Assembly (NCBI GenBank): GCA_021404525.1
Contig: JAAWWE010000014.1
Span: 22,407-86,406, forward strand
Reading direction: 5' to 3'
Length of the DNA: 64,000 nucleotides
From: Rhodobiaceae bacterium
GTDB lineage: Bacteria > Pseudomonadota > Alphaproteobacteria > Parvibaculales > Parvibaculaceae
The position numbers were made by a program, and so were the translations under genes. Below the pieces are notes generated by a model that ran no database searches, was not told the DNA's origin, and saw only the letters and a list, made by a program, of their open reading frames with translations. Positions 8,871 through 17,164 of this stretch are shown one piece after another. Position 1 is the stretch's first letter. Each line of letters begins with the position of its first letter.

Positions 8871-9721
8871 ACACGCCCGGAACCAGTGAGCAGAACGCGC
8901 CGATCCGGATGCGGGTGCACGGGATGGATTGTGCGAAGGACGCGGCCGAGATCGAGCGCGCTGCGCGGTCGGCTGGCGTCGTGGCGGAGAACGTCAAGGT
9001 CTCGGCGGCAACCCACATAATGACGCTGCGCATCGCGGAAAACGATTTTCCGCAGGTGCGTCCGGCCCTGGAGGCGACAGGCTACGGATTCGAACGGATT
9101 GAGGGCGACGACGCCTCGACCGATCCAGCCCACCAGGACCCGTCCTACCGCCGGGCGCTCTGGATCGTGGTTGCGCTGAACCTCGGATACGGCGTTGTGG
9201 AAATGGCGGGCGGCTTCCTGTCCGGCTCGCAGGCGCTGAAGGCGGATGCCCTCGATTTCCTCGGCGATGGGGCGATCACGTTTCTCGGCTTGCTCGCCAT
9301 TGGCTGGAGCCTGACGTGGCGCGCCCGATCCGCCATGATCCAGGGCGTGTTCCTTGGCGTCCTGGGTCTCGGGGTCGTTGCCAGCACGTTCTGGCGCGTC
9401 CTGAATCAGGCCGCCCCCGAGGCGGGGCTGATGGGTGCCTTCGCCGTGGGTGCGCTGATCGTCAATATCCTCGCCGTCCTGCCGCTTCTGAAGCACCGGA
9501 AGGGAGACGCCAACATGCGGGCGGTCTGGCTGTTCTCGCGCAACGACGCCATCGGCAACGTCGCTGTGGTGATCGCGGCCGGACTTGTCGCCTGGTTCGG
9601 CAGTGGCTGGCCGGACCTGATCGTCGCCTTCGGTATCGCGGCGCTGTTCCTGCACTCGTCCTGGGCAATTATTCGCGACGCGCGGGCTGATTTGGGAGAG
9701 CAGCCGGTGCCGGACCAATAA
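8867..9721 (+). CDS. Cation transporter: N-terminal HMA-like domain plus CDF transmembrane domain
   Basis: GMDCAKD HMA-like motif; SQALKADALDFLGD; NMRAVWLFSRNDAIGN; ATGA overlap with upstream CDF. Confidence 0.82.
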   Translation: MNTPGTSEQNAPIRMRVHGMDCAKDAAEIERAARSAGVVAENVKVSAATHIMTLRIAENDFPQVRPALEATGYGFERIEGDDASTDPAHQDPSYRRALWIVVALNLGYGVVEMAGGFLSGSQALKADALDFLGDGAITFLGLLAIGWSLTWRARSAMIQGVFLGVLGLGVVASTFWRVLNQAAPEAGLMGAFAVGALIVNILAVLPLLKHRKGDANMRAVWLFSRNDAIGNVAVVIAAGLVAWFGSGWPDLIVAFGIAALFLHSSWAIIRDARADLGEQPVPDQ

Positions 9722-9968
9722 CGCCATGTCATCAATGTCGAGGTCAGTCAGAGCCTGAGAGGGCACAAAAGCGATGCACGAATCTACCTCGTTAGGCTGA
9801 AGCCGAGGAAGACGATCCCGCCTTTTGCGACAAGGCCAGATCCGTTGGAGTTCTGCTGCGGTCTGTCCTTCGGCACAGACGCGTCTTTGGGCTGCGTCCC
9901 TGCCGCACCTCCATCTTTGCATGTCGCGCCACGAAGGGGACCGGTCGATCGCCTCGCGTTTTCTTCCG

Positions 9969-10140
9969 GATGCAATCTCCGGGACCTGGCCTGACTGACG
10001 GTCGCGCGCGCCGCTTGCTCTCTTCAAGCGGAACTTTCCCCTGTCCGCTGACGCGGCCATTCCTCGCGCAGCAAAGTTCCGCCTGACAGCCTGTCCGGAC
10101 GGTCCCGGTCTCTTCTTGCATCGAAAACGAGAGGAGATCG
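9969..10140 (+). promoter_or_regulatory. Nested inverted-repeat leader upstream of small leading-region genes (candidate ssDNA promoter)
   Basis: GATGCAA/TTGCATC (9969/10116), CCGGGACC/GGTCCCGG (9979/10101), GCGGAACTTT/AAAGTTCCGC (10028/10073); RBS GAGGAG. Confidence 0.45.
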
Positions 10141-10142
10141 AC

Positions 10143-10349
10143 ATGACCCGCTACTACACCGTCACCACACCCGACGAAGGAAAGGACGGCAAGACCCGTT
10201 TCCACAAGATCGGCGTTGCCTTCCCCCAGAAGCCCGACGCGAAATCCTTCCTCACCATCCAGCTCTTCGCCACGCCCGTGACCGGCCAGCTCGTTCTCTT
10301 CGAGCCGAAGCCAGACGGGCAGGGCGATGCCCCGGACCTCGTCGAATGA
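10143..10349 (+). CDS. Small hypothetical plasmid protein (KTRFHKIGVAF)
   Basis: Good RBS; beta-rich small protein with acidic tail, of a type common on alphaproteobacterial plasmids. Confidence 0.65.
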   Translation: MTRYYTVTTPDEGKDGKTRFHKIGVAFPQKPDAKSFLTIQLFATPVTGQLVLFEPKPDGQGDAPDLVE

Positions 10350-10413
10350 GCTGTCCTCCGGGACGGTGTCTGCCGTCCCGGCCTTTTTCACACCGACATC
10401 CAGGAGACACCTT

Positions 10414-10773
10414 ATGGACCTTCTGCCACAATCCATCCTCGACCAGCTCGCTGCGAACGGGCGCACCAACCAGGACCGCATCGAAGCAGGCGAAGACACC
10501 CTCGACTTTGAACCCGTGGTGAAGCTCTTCACCCCCGATGCCGGGGCGACCTGGCTGCTTTCCGAAACCGATCCGGAAGACCCGGATATCGCGCATGGCC
10601 TCTGCGACCTTGGGCTTGGCTTTCCCGAGATCGACTCGGTACGCCTCAGCGAAATCCGAGCCGTCCGCGGCCGTCTAGGATTGCCCGTCGAACGGGATCT
10701 GCACTTCAAGGCCGCTGGCACCCTCAGCGCCTATGCCGAGAGCGCCCGCAAAGCCGGAGGGATCGTCGCATGA
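10414..10773 (+). CDS. DUF2958-family protein
   Basis: PVVKLFTPDAGATWLLSE, GLCDLGLGFPE, GLPVERDLHF; RBS AGGAG. Confidence 0.85.
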   Translation: MDLLPQSILDQLAANGRTNQDRIEAGEDTLDFEPVVKLFTPDAGATWLLSETDPEDPDIAHGLCDLGLGFPEIDSVRLSEIRAVRGRLGLPVERDLHFKAAGTLSAYAESARKAGGIVA

Positions 10774-10997
10774 GCACCAATATCCGCAGAGATCACGTCA
10801 GCGCCTTCGAGGCGCTGACATCCGGTTGTTTCGAGAACTTCGCGCTCTTCTCCTGTTTCGTGGACGGTGCGCCGGCCTCGGCTATCGTCGCAGTAACAGC
10901 ACCTGAAGACGCAGGCGGCGAATATGTCATCACGCCACTATTCGTCAGTGTGACCGACACGATGATGGTCACTGACCACGGGGGAAGACCGGCCTGA
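10770..10997 (+). CDS. Small conserved plasmid protein (DUF6117-like)
   Basis: FEAL...NFALFSCFVDG...YVITPLFV; ATGA overlap with DUF2958. Confidence 0.6.
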   Translation: MSTNIRRDHVSAFEALTSGCFENFALFSCFVDGAPASAIVAVTAPEDAGGEYVITPLFVSVTDTMMVTDHGGRPA

Positions 10998-11199
10998 CAT
11001 TGTCTTGCGGGCCGCTCCGGTGACCCGCCAAGCATCAGCGCGACACGCCGGACTTTTTCCTGAATAGACGCGTTTCGCCAGCAATTCTTCTTCCCGCAGT
11101 GGTCCCGCATCGATGGCGCCTCGGTGCAGTTGCTTCACTCTTGTGCTCAGCATGAGTGCGGGCTTCGGGCCATGCTAGACTGATCCCGACGACTCGGCA

Positions 11200-11310
11200 G
11201 CATTTTGCGCAGTGACACGATGTGCAAAAAGACAAATTGCGCAGATTCACGCATTGATGTATCCCTGAGGATGAAATGAGAGGGACGTTGGCAGGATATG
11301 CCAAATGTCT
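11200..11310. other. oriT: Probable oriT with MOBP/T-DNA-border-like nic site
   Basis: TGGCAGGATAT at 11289-11299 (minus strand ATATCCTG/CCA), embedded in hairpin TTGGCA-ggata-TGCCAA, immediately upstream of the relaxosome genes. Confidence 0.7.
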
Positions 11311-11337
11311 GCGACTTTTGTCCGAGGGGTCTGAGAC

Positions 11338-11922
11338 GTGAAACCGGGACGCCCAAAACGCCTGAAACTCGAAGAGCGGATCGAACTCGCGCGGCGCTAT
11401 CATGCCGGGGAGACGCCGAAGGTTCTGGCGGAGGCCTACGGTGTATCGCGACGGCACGTGACCCGGCTGGCCAAGGAGGAGCGGGGCGAAGGACAGGAGG
11501 TTCGAGACCCTTCGGTCACGGTGAGTTTCCGCGCGGCGACCTCTGAGATGGCCGCCTTCGATGCGGCTTGGCTGGCCCGCGGCTTTACGAGCCGCAGCCA
11601 GGCCTTGCAGGCGGTTGTGCGGGCCCGGTGTGGGCTGCTCGATCTGATGCGAGACGATCTCCGGGCGTTCTCGAAGACGTTGCAGCAGGCACAAGACGTT
11701 GCAGACAGCGGCCGTGTTTTGGCGAAGGCGGTTCAACTTGGAAAGTTGACGCTGTCCCCGGAGAACCGTGCAACGCTTGTCGCGCTGCATGATCTCGCGC
11801 AGCGCACCTATCGCGATCTGGCCGCACTGAAAGCGTCGGTCAGTCAGCGGCGGGGCGTGGGGTGGAACGCGGCGGATCCCGAGGCCTCAGACGCGCCTGA
11901 GGAGTTGGTGGACCATGTCTGA
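11338..11922 (+). CDS. Relaxosome accessory protein (HTH plus MobC/VirD1-like)
   Basis: N-terminal HTH (LAEAYGVSRRHVTRL), RHH-like VSFRA segment; overlaps the relaxase start. Confidence 0.65.
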   Translation: MKPGRPKRLKLEERIELARRYHAGETPKVLAEAYGVSRRHVTRLAKEERGEGQEVRDPSVTVSFRAATSEMAAFDAAWLARGFTSRSQALQAVVRARCGLLDLMRDDLRAFSKTLQQAQDVADSGRVLAKAVQLGKLTLSPENRATLVALHDLAQRTYRDLAALKASVSQRRGVGWNAADPEASDAPEELVDHV

Positions 11923-13822
11923 GCCGCTCGCCCTCTATCACGCCGTCATGGGCAAGCTCTGGGAGTCAGTGCGCATCCAGGGTCAGCGTCAGGCGCGCAT
12001 AGACGCGCGGCTGGCAGGGCAGCGGCAGGGTCGCAGTTACCAGCGCGTGGGCCGGGCCTCGGCGCGCAACCTTCTGAAGTCGGTTATGCCGGAGAGCCGC
12101 GCCGCGGTGTTCAAGCGGATCAGGGCAGGGGGGTGCAAGACGAAGCAGAGTCTTGGCAACCAGCTGTCCTACGTGAACGACAAGGCAGTATACACCTACG
12201 CGACGATGACCAACCCGCTGACGGCTGAGGCTGTGCTGACCGAGGCGCAGAAGGCGGAGATTGTGGAGGCCTGGGCGCAATCTTGGCGGGGCACGACGAA
12301 GCTCGGGTTTACCTCGCATATGCTGCTATCGTTTCCGACCGACGTCACGGTAGATCAGGTGCAAGAGATCACACTCGACTGGGCTGAGCATTTCTTCGAA
12401 AGCGGGGATTACGGCGATCAGTGGGATTACGTGCTCTCGGTGCATGATGATCGGGCGCACAAGCACGCGCATATCCTGCTGAACAACCGGGGCCTCGCCA
12501 ACAGCACCTGGTTCTCCTGCTGGGCCGAGGGTGTGATGTCGCCCCAGCTGATGCGGGAGAAACAGGCGGAGATCGCCGAACGTTACGGTGTGATGCTCGA
12601 GGCCACGACCCGGCTCGAGCGCGGCATCTTCGAGAAGGCCCCAGGTATCGCAGAAATCTACCGGGCAAAGGACGAGGCGCGCCTGCCGCGCGAGATTGCA
12701 CTGTCGCCCGAAGAGCGTGACATCGCCAAGGCACAGGTTACAGGGTTTGCCAAGGACTACCGCGCTCTCGCAGATGTGCTGGATCGCATGGATCAGAAAC
12801 ACCTGGCCTACGCGATGCGCCGCATGGCGGCCTCAATCGGCTCGGACACGCCCTACAGATTCACCGCAGGAGAGATCGATATGGAGACTATTCGAACGGT
12901 CGGTGAGGCCATCGACTATGCCGAGAAAACCATCGAAGCGCTACGGCTCAAGGCAGAAGAACTTGATGCCACAGAACGCCCGGGATTTGAGACCAAGGCG
13001 GCGGGTGTTGTTCGGGACCTCTCGCAGATGGTGCCGGACCCTGATCTGCGCGCCCGGTTCGGGCGCGACTTAACCGAGTCCTATCCGCCAGGAGCCGGAG
13101 ACGGGCGCTTGAGTGCTGCGTTCTCATCGGGCAAGGACCCTGTCCTCGAGGCCCTGAAGGCGGATGCCGCAAGAGCCGGTCTCGATCCGCAGGAGATGGC
13201 TGCCCGGATCGAAGCCGGTGGGACGACGAACTATGGACTTGCTCAGGATTGGGTGAACCGCGACATGGCGGCGGTTCTGGCCAAGGATGGCATCGATCTC
13301 GCTCAGGCCAGCGACGATCAACAAGATCGCGCGTTGGAAACAGTCGATCGGTTCATGGACCGATTGCTGGAGCGCGCGAAGGAGCTCGGCATAGCGACGG
13401 GTCTGTCACGCGCATCGGACGACTTGCAGGTGATCGATGACGAGGACCGTGGGCCAAACCCGTATCTGCAGGACCTCGCGGACATGCTGCGTGACGGCAC
13501 CCTCTCGGAAGCTCAGGAAGAGACTGTGGAACGCACGCTGAAGGCCGAACTCTTCAAGGAGCTGGGCGAGGAGGGACTTGGGGAGCTGCGGCGCGGCAAT
13601 TACGAGGTGCTGGCAGAGGTGCTTCCGAACCGGATCGATCAGATCACGGTCACGCAGGAATTCCTCGAGCTGACCCATGAGGAGACCGGTGATCAGGTCT
13701 TTACCGACCGTGCCTCCGCCTTGCAGCAGGACAAGGTCGAGGCGTTGGCCCGCGACACCCATCTCGAGATGCAGCGGGGCAGGGGGCTATCGCGCGATCT
13801 CGAAGATGAGATCAGCTTCTGA
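11915..13822 (+). CDS. virD2: VirD2-like MOBP relaxase
   Basis: AVFKRIR...NQLSYV (catalytic Tyr), TSHMLLSFP, HDDRAHKHAHILLNNRG (HUH). Confidence 0.88.
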   Translation: MSEPLALYHAVMGKLWESVRIQGQRQARIDARLAGQRQGRSYQRVGRASARNLLKSVMPESRAAVFKRIRAGGCKTKQSLGNQLSYVNDKAVYTYATMTNPLTAEAVLTEAQKAEIVEAWAQSWRGTTKLGFTSHMLLSFPTDVTVDQVQEITLDWAEHFFESGDYGDQWDYVLSVHDDRAHKHAHILLNNRGLANSTWFSCWAEGVMSPQLMREKQAEIAERYGVMLEATTRLERGIFEKAPGIAEIYRAKDEARLPREIALSPEERDIAKAQVTGFAKDYRALADVLDRMDQKHLAYAMRRMAASIGSDTPYRFTAGEIDMETIRTVGEAIDYAEKTIEALRLKAEELDATERPGFETKAAGVVRDLSQMVPDPDLRARFGRDLTESYPPGAGDGRLSAAFSSGKDPVLEALKADAARAGLDPQEMAARIEAGGTTNYGLAQDWVNRDMAAVLAKDGIDLAQASDDQQDRALETVDRFMDRLLERAKELGIATGLSRASDDLQVIDDEDRGPNPYLQDLADMLRDGTLSEAQEETVERTLKAELFKELGEEGLGELRRGNYEVLAEVLPNRIDQITVTQEFLELTHEETGDQVFTDRASALQQDKVEALARDTHLEMQRGRGLSRDLEDEISF

Positions 13823-15738
13823 TGAGCACCCGGCTTCCTCTCTGGGCTGCCGTGCCAGTGGGTACCCTCTGCGGAACCGCCCTCGGCACGATCGCGGCGA
13901 GCTTCTATCTCGCACTGGCTTTGAGAACGGGTTTTGCCGAGTTTGACATGTTTGCCGTCTGGACGGCGAGCGCGGGTCTGCGCGCCGCACATCCCGAGGC
14001 GTTCAAGGTCGCGTTCGGCGCTGTTGGCTTCGGGGCCATTGGACTGGCAGTTCTGGCCTTCAGTTGGACCTGGGCGCAGGACCGGGATGATTACGGGTCC
14101 GCACATTGGCAGACCAGACGTGAGCTCAATGCGAACGGCATGCTCCAGACACCGGGATCCGGGTTTGTCTGTGGCAAGCTGGGAAAGCCGGCGTCAAAGG
14201 CGCCCTACATCTCTGCGAGCGACATACCGCATGTAATGATGGTGGCTCCGACCCGGGCCGGCAAGGGCGTGGGCTTCGTGATCCCGAACCTTTTGTCTTT
14301 CGCAGGTTCGGTCGTGGTTCTGGATGTGAAGGGCGAGAATTTCGAGAAGACGGCAAGGCTGAGGGCGCTCAACGGCGATGAGGTCTTTCGCTTCAGCCCG
14401 TTCGATTGGGCGAATAGTTCGCATCGCTACAACCCGCTCGCGAGGATCGCGGCCGCCCCCAGTTTCGCCCAGCAGTTCACAGAAGTATCGATCCTGGCGG
14501 ACCTCTTCCTCGACAAGGACAACAAGACACTCGACACCTTCTCCGAGGCAGGCAAATCGATATTCGTCGCGGCTTGCCTTCTGGCCATCCAGCGCGGCAG
14601 GCCGACCCTGGGCGAGGTCAACAAGATCGTCACCGGCGGGGATTACAAGAACGCACAGTACAGTGCCTATGCGGACGAGGCGAAGGAAGCGACGGTGCGC
14701 GAGCTTTGGATCAATGCGGCCAGCGCGTCGTCGCGGTTGCTGACGTCCAACATCCAGGCTTTGATGACGGCCGGTCTGAAGCAGTGGGACAACCCGGCGG
14801 TCCGGACGGCAACCGATGCAAGCGACTTCGAGTTCGCGAACTTCAGGAAAAAACCGCACGCGCTCTACATCGTGGTGTCGGAAGATCACATCGCGACGCT
14901 GGCACCGCTCCTGCGGCTCATGTTCGCGGATCTCATCGCCAGTTTGCGGCAGAACGAGCCGGGTGCAGACGAGCCGTGGCCGGTCATGATGATGATCGAC
15001 GAGTTCCAGCAAATGGGCGCGATGCCTTATCTCGAGCGGGCGATCCATTCGCTCGCCGCCTATGGCGGGCGTGTCGCGATGATCGCGCAGTCGTTGGCCT
15101 CGCTCGATCGCATCTACGGACCCGAGGGGCGCGAAAGCCTTGAGAACGGGGCAGGGCTCAAGCTCTACATAACGCCTCGCGACCAGCGTACCGTTCGCGA
15201 GGTCTCGGCGGCCGTCGGCAGCACTACCCGGGAAGCGGTGACCCGCATGTATGGTCGAAATAAGGGCATCCTGGGTGCGACCTCAACGACTTCACGTCTG
15301 GAGGAACGTCCACTCCTCTCCGAGACCGAGGCGCGCACCATGGATCCTGATGAGGTGATCATCCTGGCCTCACCGCAGCACCCGATCCGCGCACAGCGCA
15401 TCAAGTATTTCGAGGATTCCTTTTTCATCAAACTGGCGGATCGCCAGGCGGGCCGCGACTTCCCCTATCCCCCACGTGTCGACGGAGTGGGGCCCTGGTT
15501 CGAAGAACCGAAACCCGCTCCTTCGACATTGCAACCTGCCTCTGTCGAATCTACTGCAACAAGCGAGCGTGCACGCCGACGGCAATCGCGATCCATGCAG
15601 ACGCAAATCAATGAAACCACTGCAGGTGAGCTGCGTCCGGAAACCCTTGATCGGGAGGACCCGGTCCCAGAAAAGTGGGAGCAAGTCTTCCGCGAGCAAG
15701 GTGACTTCATCGACGAGCTGCTTGGGGATGGGCAATAG
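13822..15738 (+). CDS. virD4: Type IV coupling protein VirD4/TraG
   Basis: Two N-terminal TMs, YGSAHW, APTRAGKGVGFVIPNLL, DVKGEN, MMIDEF, QSLASL. Confidence 0.93.
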   Translation: MSTRLPLWAAVPVGTLCGTALGTIAASFYLALALRTGFAEFDMFAVWTASAGLRAAHPEAFKVAFGAVGFGAIGLAVLAFSWTWAQDRDDYGSAHWQTRRELNANGMLQTPGSGFVCGKLGKPASKAPYISASDIPHVMMVAPTRAGKGVGFVIPNLLSFAGSVVVLDVKGENFEKTARLRALNGDEVFRFSPFDWANSSHRYNPLARIAAAPSFAQQFTEVSILADLFLDKDNKTLDTFSEAGKSIFVAACLLAIQRGRPTLGEVNKIVTGGDYKNAQYSAYADEAKEATVRELWINAASASSRLLTSNIQALMTAGLKQWDNPAVRTATDASDFEFANFRKKPHALYIVVSEDHIATLAPLLRLMFADLIASLRQNEPGADEPWPVMMMIDEFQQMGAMPYLERAIHSLAAYGGRVAMIAQSLASLDRIYGPEGRESLENGAGLKLYITPRDQRTVREVSAAVGSTTREAVTRMYGRNKGILGATSTTSRLEERPLLSETEARTMDPDEVIILASPQHPIRAQRIKYFEDSFFIKLADRQAGRDFPYPPRVDGVGPWFEEPKPAPSTLQPASVESTATSERARRRQSRSMQTQINETTAGELRPETLDREDPVPEKWEQVFREQGDFIDELLGDGQ

Positions 15739-16114
15739 TCCGGCGGGAAGCGGAAGTCCGCTGCGGGTGCACTCGAAGTTCTACGTGAAAAAGAAAGCAG
15801 ACGTTTAAACTATTTGGTAGGCAAGGGTCGGCTGGTCCTGCCTGGCTCACCTCCGCTCCAGTCCGCTGACAGGATGCCCTCAACAACGTATTCAAACCTG
15901 AAGAAGCTGTGTCGAAATCATCTCAAAGAGAGTGTCCGAGCACCTCTGAGCTAACGATAAAGTTATATCTTTCAATGCCTTGATGTGAATGGGCCAGCGG
16001 TAGATTTTACTGGCGTTGTGTTCATTCATGTGGCACCTTCCATCCAAACGGTGCACTTTAACATTGACAACGATCTTTTTGCGTGTGCCGGCGCGGCGGC
16101 TAAGTACACGGGGA

Positions 16115-17164
16115 ATGAGCGTGGGAATTTCAGTAATTGATTTCTTTTGTGGGTGTGGAGGTACCAGCGCTGGTCTCAAGAGCGCCGGTATGAACATAGT
16201 TGCTGGCATCGATTGTGACAGCGTCGCCTTGGAGACATTCAAAAAAAATTTTCCTGAGGCAAAGTCGCTAAACGAAGATATTGCCTCACTTACATGCGCA
16301 AAGTTGGACCGCAGCATTGGAGAGTATTCTCGTCCATTGCTTCTTGCAGCGTGTGCACCTTGTCAGCCGTTCTCAAAGCAGAACCGGCACAAAGAAAATA
16401 CTGATAGCAGAGTTGTCCTTTTGGACGAGCTTCATGAGTTTGTAAGCTACCTTTGCCCAGAGTACGTTCTATTGGAGAATGTGCCGGGCATGCAGAAAGT
16501 CGAGAAAGGTCCTTTTTCGAGGTTCATAGAGCTGCTTGAAGAGAACGGTTATGAAGTCGACTTCGATATTAAAGATGCGAAGGACTATGGGGTCCCACAA
16601 TCTCGTCGGAGGTTGGTGCTAATTGCGTCACGGCTAGGTTCAGTGTCCTTGCCCAAACAGACGCATGGCGAGGCCGAAAACCTCCTTAAGTATGTGACAG
16701 TTAATGATGCCATATCCTCATATCCGCCAATTGAAGCGGGACAAACGAATAACGAAGTGCCTAACCATCAAGCGGCACAAGTATCAGAGCTGAACTTGAA
16801 AAGACTTCGTCACACTCCTGAGGGAGGAGACAGGAAAGATTGGCCCGACGCACTATTACTTGAATGTCACAAAAGGAAAACTGGCTATACGGATACGTAC
16901 GGACGTCTCAACGGGTCAGAGCCGGCAAAAACGCTCACGACCAAATGTGTTTCGATATCAAACGGGCGTTTCGGCCACCCAACGCAAGATCGAGCAATTT
17001 CTGTGCGAGAAGCTGCGTCGCTTCAGAGTTTCCCGGATGACTTCGTCTTTGTTGGAACACTGGTTCAAACTGCAAAGCAGGTGGGCAATGCTGTACCCGT
17101 TCGCTTTGCAGAGGCCTTAGGTAGCCAAATTTTGGAACACTACAGGTGCTCACTCGATGGCTAA
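16115..17164 (+). CDS. DNA (cytosine-5)-methyltransferase
   Basis: Motifs I FCGCGG, IV PCQPFS, VI ENVPG, VIII YGVPQSRRR, IX ISVREAASLQSFP, X QVGNAVP. Confidence 0.95.
   Translation: MSVGISVIDFFCGCGGTSAGLKSAGMNIVAGIDCDSVALETFKKNFPEAKSLNEDIASLTCAKLDRSIGEYSRPLLLAACAPCQPFSKQNRHKENTDSRVVLLDELHEFVSYLCPEYVLLENVPGMQKVEKGPFSRFIELLEENGYEVDFDIKDAKDYGVPQSRRRLVLIASRLGSVSLPKQTHGEAENLLKYVTVNDAISSYPPIEAGQTNNEVPNHQAAQVSELNLKRLRHTPEGGDRKDWPDALLLECHKRKTGYTDTYGRLNGSEPAKTLTTKCVSISNGRFGHPTQDRAISVREAASLQSFPDDFVFVGTLVQTAKQVGNAVPVRFAEALGSQILEHYRCSLDG

Noticed and set aside
8672-10144. 490-aa minus-strand ORF and other long antisense ORFs (e.g. 24060-25223, 26868-27887, 30471-31625)
   Set aside because: Shadow frames of well-supported genes in GC-rich DNA; no motifs.
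15892-16317. Divergent ORF as the missing nuclease or controller protein of the MTase operon
   Set aside because: Mostly antisense to the MTase; the free part has no HTH, HNH, Vsr or PD-(D/E)xK motif.
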